Assembly: GCA_004764695.1 (NCBI GenBank)
Contig: SMSO01000007.1
Span: 1,681,270 to 1,745,269, forward strand
DNA: 64,000 nt
DNA from: Schizochytrium sp. TIO01
Taxonomy: Eukaryota > Protista > Bigyra: Labyrinthulomycetes
Reading direction: 5' to 3'
This document shows, one piece after another, positions 33,082 to 44,728 of the stretch (its first letter is position 1; each line of letters starts with the position of its first letter). Under the pieces are notes generated by a model, which did no database searches, was not told the DNA's origin, and worked only from the letters and a program-made list of their open reading frames with translations. A program made the position numbers and the translations under genes.

Positions 33082-35661
33082 TGATTGATTGATGTAAATA
33101 AAATAACAAACCTTTCAAAAAAGGTACCATAGACTTTAACTTGAACTTGTCTGCTTTGTTTTTGAAAAAACAAAAACCAACGAGTGAATATCTGAGGAGC
33201 GCGCAGATGGTGACAATAGCTACTGGGAACCATGATTCAACAATAGAATTCAGATCGACTTGTGATAGTTAGTTCACAGATTACGAAATTTTATTATGGC
33301 AATTGGAATTGGCAATTGGTATTGGCAAAATTACTTAGTTTGTCTATAACGTAAAATTGCATAGAATATTGCAGCTGTAGGAGTAGAACCTGTCAAAATA
33401 TACCCTGCCGTGTTACCTATTGGCATCACTCTTTGACATTTATTTGAATTTAGCATCAATATTTTGTATGTTTGCGTAGAGATGCATCAAGGATCATTGC
33501 CTCGTCACTTTCACCTTTCAATCAATCAAATTGCTCACTTACTCATACCTTAGATGACAGCACTTTCCAAATACACAGTTTCTACTCGTCAAAGAAACAC
33601 GATCTTTAGGCATAAGAACTTACCCTCAAGCGAGCAACCTCGGCGAAGCGCTCAATAGATTGTACTACGATTTCAATATTAGCGAAGGGACTCGAAAGAC
33701 ACTACCCAATCGTAGATTTATAACGTATCGGAGGCAAACGGGCTAAGAAAATATCAGAAGAGGTATATCGTGTTTGATCAAATTTATTAGCAGGAAATGA
33801 ACACGAAAAAATTGGAGAGAAGGGTATACCAAATTAACGGGAAACTCATTATGTTTTATTAACATAAATGGGCTACATTAATTTGTTATCCAAGCAGCAC
33901 TGTGCAAAGTTTTGTACTATTTGGAGGTTCCTAATTGCTTTCTTTCTCTCTCAGATTTCCTGCAGCTAGAGGCAATATAGTTTATGCACCAGAGTAATTA
34001 ACTTACCCCTTTGCATTACGTCAGTATAGTATAATGCCCTTCATTTCATCAGTCTAGGTTCTGCAAAAACCCACTGCTCTTATTCTATGTGGATGAGCTC
34101 ATTCTGAGTAACGTCGAGAGGCTCAAAGTTCAGTCTCAGCGCGGTGGCCGCGGAGTTTAGAAGCACGAGCGAGCCATGTAGGAGTGGGGAGATAAACGGT
34201 AGTGATACACACGCGGGAGGAAGGTTTTCTCTGTGTGGTCCCAGTCCAAGCCAGCAGTGCTCCAGACTATGATTTGACCTCGGAAATAGAAGAGTTTTCA
34301 GGTAGGGTAGTCATTCGGCGAAGAAACGAACTACTCTGCCTGGACCTACAAAGCCAGGGCTGCATTTGGTTTATGCTCAACAAAAAAAGATCTGCGCTTC
34401 ACTATGGCTGAGAGAACATTCTTCAGCTCCGCCTTCACGCTTCATCGGCTCGATTCTTGTTTGTTGGACCAGTGCAAGCTGTACGCAAGGCAAGGCTTCA
34501 CTTCCAATCGACTTGCGACAGCCTGTGCGAAGAGCAAGGTTAGCATCCGATGCATGTATTGTTGTCAACGCCAAAGCTTTCTGTTCGTGCCCGCACTACT
34601 CATAGAAAGCAGGCATATGTCTTCGAAGTTGCGTTTGTTCATCTCAGATGCACCAATTCCAAAAAGGTAGTATACCATACTTTTCAGCAAGTCTCAAAGT
34701 AATCCTTTCAAAGATTTGAATCTGAAGTTTTTAAATGTGAGTTATTATCCCGCTCGAAGAAAGTCTCCTCTGCTTGGCACAAGTAGCAGAGTTCACTACT
34801 AAAGCACATTCTCCGAGTAACCCCAAAAAGTTAATCTATGCACGTGAGCAAATCTGATAAAAGATTCAATGTTAAGAGCTAAAAAATAGCTGAATAAAAG
34901 GAGATTTTATGTTTTGACATAAAAGAAACGCCGAGACTATTTACTATCTGGAGCTCCTCGTCAATGCCTCGCGTCATTAAATTCAAATGGGCAAAGCTAG
35001 AGAGCAGTCGAAATGAGAGTGATGGGAGATAAAAGCCAGGTCTTGCGGAACTAATCGGCGATCTTGACCAATTTCAATTGAACATGTAAAAAAGAAAAGA
35101 AAAAAGAATTGATATTTGTTTTGTATTCGACATCAAACAAGCGTGGAAATCCGCTGCACGAACTTGGTCCGATCGATTCAACTTTTTCCGGTGCTAAATT
35201 CACCAGTTAGTTTGCAACCATAACGTGGAAAAACAGATAAATTTCTCTCAGAGTAAACCCAACGTTCTGATTTAGGCTTTAATAGTTTCCTTTTCAAGCA
35301 TTGATGTGCGAGTGTATGCCAAATATTCCAATCATCCATGAAGTGTTTAAACTTTCATTTACATACAGGGCTCAAATTTCTGAACAACTAACTCGCGAGA
35401 GGCACCATACTGAAGTATGAGTTGAGCATCACAATGCCTACAACATAAGGAAAGCCAAAAAAATAAGATGATTTTTGTTAAAAAGAAGCAAGCCAGAAGA
35501 TTTTGCTGACGGTCATTATGTGTATACTAGAGGTTATTTTATATTGTAGGATGAAGGCAAAGCCGCACATAGGTAGTGTGGGATACGAGAAACATAGGAG
35601 GCTTATGTTTCTGAAAGCTCCTAGAAAAACATATTGTGCCACATGACCTCTGGGAAACGAA

Positions 35662-36885
35662 TTAAGCCAGGAAAACGACAAAAAAGGTCATAAAAAACAT
35701 GATGACAAAAAGAATCTTAGCCGCGAGCCAGCGGTTGTTACTAACACCCATCCATGTGCGCACAAGCTGCTCATATCCCTGTTGAATGTTCTCCTGCGCT
35801 GCCGCAACATTGTCATCTATCCTCTCAATGGAGATTCGTGAGTCTGCTACCATATGTGCCAGCTGGTGAAAGACCTCGCCGAGTTCCGAAATATGTGTCT
35901 CAATTGAATTCATAGCCTGAACTCTGCTTGATAGGTATGCATTATCCTGGACAGTTGCGGTCTGCTGAATAAGTGGTGCCTCGTCGAAGCCAACCTCCTC
36001 GTCGTCATTTCCTTGAGTTCCTGGAGATCTCTCTCCGAACGGAGTAGGTGAGTACGGTGATGGTCTCTGCTCTACCACCGATACACCCTGCGGCCTTGGA
36101 AGCGCCGCCGCGCCGTCCATGGGCGCGGGACCTCCGCTCTCGGTTTTGCCACTGCTGCTGTACCCCGCGCCATTTGCGCCTACATTGCCGCTGCTACTAG
36201 GACTATTGGGTCCATGTGCGCCTGCACCACTACCGCCCCCAATGTTGTTCCGTGCCGCTTGAGAACCTCTGTGTTGCAGGCCTGCCTTTGGAACTGTGGG
36301 TGCTGCAAGTGGGGCCCTCTTGGTGCCAAAGAGGCCTCTACGATCTGCTTTCTTGCGCATATTTGCTTGGCGTTGCTCCAAAACATTCTTAAAGTCTGCC
36401 GCAGTCGAACTAAGTTGCATTTTCATTGTCTGCACAATAGCGCTCGAGTGCTCAACCGCATTGCCGCTGCCGCCTCCGACTTGCTGCCTGTTTCCATCGA
36501 GAAAAGCCTGGAGCTGGTCCAATTCGTACTTGATAAGCTTTGTGTCCTCCTTCAACCTTGCCGAGAGCACGTTAATTTCGTCCATCGGGTCATCGAAGGT
36601 TCCTTGTCGCCGGGTGAGCTGCGCCAGATGTTGTAGCTTTTTGGATGTTAGGCTAATCTTGCCAGAAAGCTCTGCAGCGCGACGACCGAATGCGCGGGCC
36701 TCTTCGGTTGGCGTCAAGCGCCCTCCATGGCCACCACCTGCAGAGGGTCCGCCAGGGGGGGCTGAAGAGCCACTCAGACCTGCCAGAGGGCGCACACCAG
36801 CCTGAACCTGAGCAGAAACAGCCCCGAAGAACTCTGAAGTGCGGTCCACCACGGCACCCTCAACGCCGCCCTTCCACTGTGCCAT
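35662..36885 (-). CDS. STX5: Syntaxin-5 / Sed5 / SYP3-type Golgi Qa-SNARE
   Basis: N-peptide DRTSEFF (Sly1-binding type), Habc motifs KLQHLAQL..FDDPMDEINVLS and EHSSAIVQTM, SNARE motif YLSSRVQAMNSIETHISELGEVFHQLAHMV..IERIDDNV, and VSNNRWL followed by a C-terminal TM. Confidence 0.93.
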   Translation of the reverse strand: MAQWKGGVEGAVVDRTSEFFGAVSAQVQAGVRPLAGLSGSSAPPGGPSAGGGHGGRLTPTEEARAFGRRAAELSGKISLTSKKLQHLAQLTRRQGTFDDPMDEINVLSARLKEDTKLIKYELDQLQAFLDGNRQQVGGGSGNAVEHSSAIVQTMKMQLSSTAADFKNVLEQRQANMRKKADRRGLFGTKRAPLAAPTVPKAGLQHRGSQAARNNIGGGSGAGAHGPNSPSSSGNVGANGAGYSSSGKTESGGPAPMDGAAALPRPQGVSVVEQRPSPYSPTPFGERSPGTQGNDDEEVGFDEAPLIQQTATVQDNAYLSSRVQAMNSIETHISELGEVFHQLAHMVADSRISIERIDDNVAAAQENIQQGYEQLVRTWMGVSNNRWLAAKILFVIMFFMTFFVVFLA

Positions 36886-38099
36886 GGTCGTGGAGTTTGC
36901 TACAGGAACAGACAGTAGAGCAGGAGAAAGTGCAGAAGGAGCTACAATTTAGAAACGGGAAAGGCAGAGTGATTCTAAAGTGAAGAGACTAAACGAAGAA
37001 CTTTGATGAAGAGCTTTTTTGGTTCAACTTGAAGATGAAGATGACCGTGGCAAAGGACAGCGAAGTTAAGACTGGAGGCACGCAGCGAGCGTGTGAGATA
37101 GGAGGAGATAGGAAGTTTGGATCAGAAGGAGGCGCAAGAGGACGGCGCCTCCGCGAGAACCCTTCTCGCGGCAGCAGCACGCGATGCTTCTTTGCCAGCA
37201 GCGTCGACGTGGAGCACGAAATGATCTATAATCAATGCGTTGCTGTTTTGCAAGGTATCTTACTCATCAAGTTATCATATATCGCATCTTTAATGAAGTG
37301 AGAGCCTCTGCCTACTTGTATCAGACTATAAAACTCAAGGTTATAAACGTGCACTTACTCTACATTTTGAATGTATAACCCATAGTATAAAATATATAAT
37401 TCATAGTATTTATTTTATAATTCACATTAGTGAGTAAAGTTCACTGCAGTATACTACAAGTCACACCTCTATCGAAAATTAAGATTGCGGATTTGAGTGC
37501 TGATTATAGAATAGGAACTGCTGAGAAGTATCACGAATGATAATCTGAGAGAGCTTAATCCAGATAGTTGGTGACTTTGCTTGGTTAAAGCATCAAGATT
37601 ATAAAACTCTGGACCCTCTGTGCTAGATTGGCATTTTTGATAGAAGGAAGAAGAGGAACCGCAGATAGTCGATCGAGATCAGCGCAGCACTACTAAATAT
37701 AGTAGGACTTTGCTAAGAATCATAAAGAAACACCTTGGAAGAAGCTTGGCAAGTGGCGAATGACTCTGGGTCTACACGGGTTCCGACAATACGTCTGATC
37801 TGATTCGACAATCTAAATGAGCATAACCATTCGAATATAGAATAGTTGCTAAGCGGTGCTTGCAGAAAAGGCCAATTAATTTGTACGAGTGATTTGCGGG
37901 TGTGGTAAGTCCCAAGTTTCTAAACTTTATATTTTAACTGCTTATAGTGTAAAATCATTCTACGGTCAATGTTTCCTTTAATCACACGAGATCAAAAGAA
38001 GAAAAATCATCACTATCCCAAGTTTACAACTTCCTTCAATTCTGAGACTCATTCACGAGCTTTCTATAAAAACCCAATGATCTCTTGCAGTTGCAAACA

Positions 38100-39420
38100 A
38101 TATTTACGAAGATCGAGCCACTCGAACGAAAAAAAAAACAAGCTCACATAGATGTCACTGCAGTTTTCATCCACAGAAAAATCGTCGGCACCAATCCCAA
38201 TCATTACTGCTTCCTGTACGATGAGCAGTGGAAGAATCTACAATGTCTTCTAAGACAATGTTTTGTACTTTTCGCATGCTTTACCACGTTTTAAAAGTCT
38301 GTTTAGTTTACCAAAAATCAAACGATGGCAGCAAAAAGAGTGTCTGTTTTTTTATCCAAACTGGTTTACAACGGAATTCAGAGTTAATTGCCAAAATATT
38401 ACCTCTGACTTGTCGGTGCTGATGCACCAAAGCTTTCAGGATATCCAAGAGATTCAAAGATCGTTCACCACCATGCGTCAGCACAAATAAGTTATAGCCA
38501 GGGCTTCAGTTATAAGTGGTAGTCACTGCAAATTTTCTGACACACAAGGATGAAGTTCAACACAAATTTCGGCAATATAAAAACTATAATGGCGAGTAGT
38601 AAAATCTAAGCAAAACACAATGTCTCTGAAGGCAATCCTGTGTTAAGATGAAGTAGAGTTCTCTTCAAATTTATTCAAGGGATCCTTCTGAAAGTTTCTG
38701 TGGAAAAGAGATCAACCCATCATAGTTGGTCCAAGCTCTTCTATTAGCCAGCATTAAAATTTTATCGAACGTAGTTGTCGGAAGAACAGCTAAAAGGTCA
38801 AGACAAATACGCACTTCGAATTTGAATAACTAGAGCACGAATATACCAATCCTTATCAACTGGACAAAATAAACCTTGTATAATACACAAAGTATGTGAC
38901 ATGTATCCTCACCCCGCCGCAAGGTAGGTCCGATAAAAGCTCTTTATATTGTGAATTTGCATAAGAATAACAATGAACTCGGATAAGACGTCCCAAATTT
39001 GTTCGATAGTCGTGTCAACGACATTAGGGATACATTTGAAAAATCAACACCATTTCTGGTGATGCATATTATTCACCAGGAGCCCCTAACCTGCATTTTT
39101 TGTGTGGATGTATAATCTATAGAAGAATAGCAACACATTCGCTCTCAAAAAGTCTTCATGACCTGCTGCCACATAGAAACGTAGTACAGTTACTGGGTCC
39201 CAACGTTACCATACAGGTAGAGTTGATTCTTATCACCTTCACTTCCTCCGTCAGGCGAGGGCCCGACATCCATAAACTCCTTTTTTTCGCAATTCTGTAA
39301 ATCTCATGATACATAGGACCTCTTCAGAGTTGATATGCATCATGGAAGCTTGGCGTCCGCTACTTTAAATCAGTCCGGCGACTATAAGATCATTTCCAAG
39401 GTGGAGAAGCTCCTCAATGA
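38100..39420 (+). mobile_element. Heavily decayed Ty1/copia-like RT-RNase H remnant
   Basis: Frameshifted fragments in copia order and roughly copia spacing: HIDVTAVFIH (~38145), FKSLFSLPK..RW (~38290), YQSL (~38842), ISGDA (~39052), FLCGCIIY (~39097), LGVRYFK (~39349). These echo D..TAFL, KSLYGLKQ..W, YRSL, YSDAD, FL.GG.ISW and KHIDIRY. Many stops; no LTRs seen. Confidence 0.4.
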
Positions 39421-41054
39421 CATGATCTTTTATCCGGTGAAAGTTTTCACATCTAAGTGACACCTTGTAAGAATCTGCTACTGCAAATTTCGTATGCAAA
39501 GAAAACCTAAATGTGACTTACACCAAGCCAAACCCTCCCGCCAAGTAGCCTCTAACCTTATACCCCAAGCGTTAAAACCAGCACGAGACTGATTGTTATC
39601 ACACTCCTCTATCTACCTCCCACGTAGGTCAAAAGCATAAATCAGCAGATACCTCAAACTTACTTCTTTCCAAAGCTACCTTGGTTACTTGCTTCAAAGC
39701 AACGTGACATACATCGCCCTGCGCAAACCACGCACTGACAAAGTTCGTGCCTCGTTTCCTGCACCCTCGCAACCAGTATTTACGCACCTGCTCATGCATT
39801 TTGCAAACTCCACAGCAGTCAACAGCATCTCAGACCTAACGTGGCGCGTGTCAACAAAGTAACCAGTGCTCACTCGCAGGTGTGTATCGGGGACCCTCGG
39901 GGACCCCTCTTCGAAAGCGATGACGCGCGAGTGGAGACAGTTTCACAGCCAAAGCGAAGGCTCTGCCCTCCAGACGAAGGCCAGGAGCCAAGGAAACCCT
40001 GACGAACGGGCGGCGGTGATAGATAGCTGGTCAGGCTTGAAGGACCACGCGTGGAAGTCCTCTTCACTGGCAGCTTCGTGGAATAATGGGACGAAGCGCT
40101 TGGCCACCCAAAAGGAAGGAGTGGCGCGAACGAGCGCATCGAAAGGGGACTGACTGTAAAAAATGCGCATCTCGTCGCAATATTAACGATTGGAAATTAA
40201 AAATGTAATATTGTCTATATTTAAGATAAATACATACATATTAAACTAAACGCGTTGCTCTCCTTTTCAAGTAGGTAGGCCTAGAAGGGCTTACCTTATC
40301 CAATGAAAGTATGAGGCGGCAGAAGGAGTACCATATACCTACCTACCTACCTTTAGTAGGAGGCTGAGTTATGGATGTCTGAAGTAAGTAGCACTATAGT
40401 TCTGGGTAGAGGTCCGGTAGAAAGTAGCGAAGAAAGAAAGGCTTTTCGAAAATTTCAGGGCGTACGAGGTACGGTTTACGGTAGAAGTCTGAAGAGAAAG
40501 GAAAGTGAAAGTGGAAGAAGAGGCGACTCAAATCTATTAAAGTTTCGCCAATTCAAATCCGACTTGGAAAAAGCTCATTTTTGAAAATCGAAAGTCAAAT
40601 TCGAGTTCAAATTCGAATTTGAATTTGAATTTGAGTTTGAGTTTGAATTTGAATTCGAATCGAATTAGAATTGAAACGCGCCTCTTCAAGCTGGACGCGG
40701 GGCCCTGCGTGGAGGGCGCCTCTCGGATTGGCCGCGGCGAAGGCGCGAAGCAAGCCGGCGTGAGGGCTGCTTGCTGCACAGCTCCAGTGCTGCAAGCGGA
40801 CCGGAGTGTGGAGAAACATCCCGCCAGCGGGAGGTCCATCCATCCCGTCCATTGCTCGATCTGTTCTGACCTGATCGATTCCGTGGCCTGGAGTCTTCTG
40901 GACCCCACGGCTGACCTGACGCAGGTTTCTCACGCTTTGATCTCACCGCGTGCACTCCGCTCAGCGCGAAAAGAGTTTGCGAAACAGCTCGCAAGCGAAA
41001 GGCCGCTTCCGTAGAAATTGTTCGTCGGTTCGTTTGAGCCGGCGTCTTGGGAAG

Positions 41055-42254
41055 ATGGCTGAAGCGCGTGTTGTCGCAGCCATGCGCATGGCAAAGACCT
41101 CTCGGGACCAGGAACTCCAGTGGCGCTCTGGAACCCAGATCACGAACATAGCCGCTGGGAAGTTAGACACAGCTCGCATGCCTCGAGAAGCTCGCGCTGC
41201 TAGCCACACCGTCGACGACGACGACGCCAGAGACTTTGAACGGCGCAAGAATGGGCAGTTGTTATTGTTGGAGAATTCGAGGATGAAAGCTCATGCGGCA
41301 AAGGTTGGAGCTCTGGAGCGAGGACCAGAGGCGGCCTCCCCAATGGATTTGCTCGTGGAGAACTCGGCTCGGCTTAGCAGCGAGGACCACTGTGAAGGAA
41401 AAGGGGAAGCTTGGTCCAGGAGAGTGGCTCATCACGTTTTGCCGAGGAAAGTGGGCCTTCGACGAACAAGGGCACTGAGTCACCAAAGCGTAACCAGCAC
41501 GAGCACCGTCAGCACTGCAGCATCCTCTGAGTTTTCTGGAGAGTTTTCACCGGCGAGGGACGACAGAGACCTTGGCGGTTTGCAGGAACGAATCGAGCCG
41601 CGCTCTCGGGAAGAGCAATCTGAAGCGCAACCAGCACTGGAGGTGGCTATTAATACAAAGGACAAACGCAAGAGCGTCTTGGAGGATGAGGCAGCTCTAA
41701 TTTCGGTGCTAGGCCAGAGTCTCGATGCCATGGCCGCGATTGCCTCTATGACACCTGTAAAGACTTCTTGTAAAGATGCAAAAGCAATGAACTGGAGTCT
41801 CGGATGGGGATCCAAGCTCGTGCCAGAGCATGAGACCGTCGCGTCTTGCTTTGTTGGTAAAAAGGTCCCCTCAATCACAGTTGTGGCATACTTGAGACGC
41901 CTGGTCGGATATGTAAATGAATGGCAGCCGAAGCTGGTCGGTGAAACTTCTGTGGGTGTACGTTCACTGATTATGAGCATGATCTACGTTGACCGTCTGT
42001 GCTCTCGGCACCCGACCTTTGCCATCACGCAAGCTAATGTACACCGTGTTTGCATGACGGCTTTCCTAATCTCAATAAAGTTCCTCGAGGATGTTCCGTT
42101 TCCCAATTCTTTTTGGTGCCGTGTTGCAGGCGTCTGCTTGCACGAACTTAACATCTTAGAAGAGAAAATGATTCGCCTTCTCGACTGGGATCTTGCAGTT
42201 TCGCAAGAACAATTTGACCACACACTCCAACTTCTAGGCATGCAATCATGCTAA
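41055..42254 (+). CDS. PHO80-like / cyclin P(U) family cyclin
   Basis: ATG 41055 (MAEARV). Cyclin box FVGKKVPSITVVAYLRRL...SMIYVDRL...ITQANVHRVCMTAFLISIKFLEDVPFPNSFWCRVAGVCLHELNILEEKMIRLLDWDL. Confidence 0.92.
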   Translation: MAEARVVAAMRMAKTSRDQELQWRSGTQITNIAAGKLDTARMPREARAASHTVDDDDARDFERRKNGQLLLLENSRMKAHAAKVGALERGPEAASPMDLLVENSARLSSEDHCEGKGEAWSRRVAHHVLPRKVGLRRTRALSHQSVTSTSTVSTAASSEFSGEFSPARDDRDLGGLQERIEPRSREEQSEAQPALEVAINTKDKRKSVLEDEAALISVLGQSLDAMAAIASMTPVKTSCKDAKAMNWSLGWGSKLVPEHETVASCFVGKKVPSITVVAYLRRLVGYVNEWQPKLVGETSVGVRSLIMSMIYVDRLCSRHPTFAITQANVHRVCMTAFLISIKFLEDVPFPNSFWCRVAGVCLHELNILEEKMIRLLDWDLAVSQEQFDHTLQLLGMQSC

Positions 42255-43097
42255 TAGAATGTATATGCCAACAAATGAGCAAATGTGAGGCTAAAGTCTC
42301 GGCATTTACTCCTGTCTCGTGTTGGGTTTCCCAGCCAATTTCTATATTGTCAGCCTTTTCTTCTGGAAACGTTGTCTGAACTTTGTATACATTAGCTCCT
42401 GCAGTTGGAGCTGTCTATTTCTGCTACATTACATTTTTCCAGGCGTCTGGTTCTTTGTTATTCTGCCAACATCGCACTTGTGCGCGCAATGATGAGCGAA
42501 TGATAGATAAAGGCAGACCGTCTGACTGTACTACAAACTCTCGGAAAGGGCGTATGTTAGTTATAACTTGAACTTATGCCTACATGTAATACATCTGCGC
42601 TTCAAAAACATTTGACTTTTAATCTATATGAAAACTCGTGTCTCTTTTTAGTGATTCTTGTTCTTTCCTTTCTTCCACCTTCTCTTATCATGCGCCAAGT
42701 TGAGTAAACCTCAAGTGAAGGTGAGCAAAACAGAAAACAAGACACTAAAAATTGGAACAAACATGATTCATGAATATTTTGCATCAATCTAAAATAAATC
42801 CTAAGGCTATCTTTGTAGAACACATGGTTCACACATTTTTCTATTAGAAGCCTCAGAGCAACTTTGCTTAAAAGTGCTGTGAAGCTGGCATATCCCTAGG
42901 CAAAAACACTGATTCACAACCTCCCGCTAGCATAGTATACAGGAATATCGATGAGCTCGTTTGTCTTCATCTTGTTCATTTCATTCGGAAGGTTGTTTCT
43001 ACAATAGGTATACAATTTGTGTTCAGGAGTCAAATAACTCCTCTATAATTCTTGTGCGATTGCACGTGACGAAGCTTCGTCAGCACACGTGCGCGAG

Positions 43098-44093
43098 TCA
43101 CCCATCATTGCTGATGCTATGGCGGCTGCTTGTGATACTAAGACTACCACTACTACTTGAAACACTATTATTACTACTATTGTCAGCAGGCATCAGACAA
43201 CTGACCAGAGTAAAGCAGCTCTCATATTCATCAGGATGAACGAATAAATCGAACTTGAGCAGCGCACAAAACTGGAACTCGAGCTGGTTGAGCTCTGCCA
43301 ACTCAATACCGCCGACCTGGGACCAAAACCTATTGCTTACCCGACTATCTTCAGTAAACTTGGTTGCAACCAACATACCGGTCAAGATGATGCGGTGCAT
43401 GTTAAAGGTAGAGACACGTGCACGTGGATGCATTTGGTGAATACGATCAGCATAAATGATTGCAATCAGTAAGGAGCGTAAGCCCACATCGCATGCGTGC
43501 CCAGTCTGCTCTCGACGCCAGGCAGACAAGTAATGCACCAGGCGCGCTAGGTAATCTCGAAAAAGAAAGCTCGGTCGTTGCGAGGAGCGAAAGACAAGGA
43601 GATTATCATCTTCGGTTGTCAACTTGCAAGGGTCGCTACAAAAGCAATCGTTCAAACTCGCTACATTTTCTAAGGCGTCACCAATGAGACCAATGAGCTG
43701 ACGCTGTGAACCTTTTGCAGCTGCCATGACTTCGGTCGCATCAGCACCGCGGCGTTCGATATCTGGACTACCGACGCCATCATACAAAGAGAGACCTCCG
43801 CATGGTGAAGCGGCAGTAGTGGACGCAGAACCCGTGGATGCCTGATCGCTACCTTGGGCACTCAGCCGCCGTTTACGAGCTTTCCCGGAATCCTCTTCAA
43901 AGCGCAGTGCTGTTGAAGCTTCCATACATTTTCGTTTGCCTAGACAGGAAGAACTCTCGTCAGCGTTGCTAATTCTATCCTCAGATCCCAGTGCATGCGA
44001 CCCCAAAGCAACTTGTGCCCATCCTTTGACCTTAGCCGACACGTCTACTGCACCCTGATGCTTGACCGCTGCTGCCAGCGCAGCACGCAGCAT
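43098..44093 (-). CDS. PHO80-like / cyclin P(U) family cyclin (paralog)
   Basis: FRSSQRPSFLFRDYLARL...IIYADRI...VSTFNMHRIILTGMLVATKFTEDSRVSNRFWSQVGGIELAELNQLEFQFCALLKFDLFV. Confidence 0.93.
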   Translation of the reverse strand: MLRAALAAAVKHQGAVDVSAKVKGWAQVALGSHALGSEDRISNADESSSCLGKRKCMEASTALRFEEDSGKARKRRLSAQGSDQASTGSASTTAASPCGGLSLYDGVGSPDIERRGADATEVMAAAKGSQRQLIGLIGDALENVASLNDCFCSDPCKLTTEDDNLLVFRSSQRPSFLFRDYLARLVHYLSAWRREQTGHACDVGLRSLLIAIIYADRIHQMHPRARVSTFNMHRIILTGMLVATKFTEDSRVSNRFWSQVGGIELAELNQLEFQFCALLKFDLFVHPDEYESCFTLVSCLMPADNSSNNSVSSSSGSLSITSSRHSISNDG

Positions 44094-44159
44094 GTCTTTG
44101 CACTAAGCTTCCGCGCTTATCTACTAGCCAGCAAGTTTCCAGGTCTGTCAGTCAGTCAG

Positions 44160-44247
<88 letters not shown>
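44160..44247. repeat. (CAAT)n microsatellite upstream of the cyclin gene
   Basis: ~22 units. Confidence 0.95.
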
Positions 44248-44248
<1 letters not shown>

Positions 44249-44661
44249 GTGTGTCAAATCTATTGCAAAGGAGGTACGTAAGTACGTTGGCGCCTTTCTT
44301 CAATATGTACGCCCCGACTAACTCCCAAGAGTTTCTGGGCCAACCTCAGTTCCGTGTCTGCTGGTCCAAACTAGAGCTGCTGCGCAAACCCTCTCAGCGC
44401 GCACCTAAGTGTAAGCTCCTTACAATCCCAGAAGAAAGCTTCGAAATTTGGGATTTGCCGTCCGTTCAGAGCAGCCAGCCACTGCAGCAGCCTGGCCAGG
44501 AAGCCTTGGGATTTGACCAAGCCAACCTGCTGACGCACAACGCTATATTGCAATGATTATCACTCCCTTACGTACCTACTTACCTCCTTACTCGCTTAGG
44601 TACTTACTTCCTTCCTTACCTCTCCGCCAAGTACTTCCTCCTCTTTTCCCAAGCCCTCGGG

Positions 44662-44677
44662 CTGCTGCCGCTGCTGC

Positions 44678-44726
<49 letters not shown>
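44662..44726. repeat. (GCT/GCC)n triplet repeat
   Basis: ~21 triplets, mainly GCT. Confidence 0.9.
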
Positions 44727-44728
<2 letters not shown>

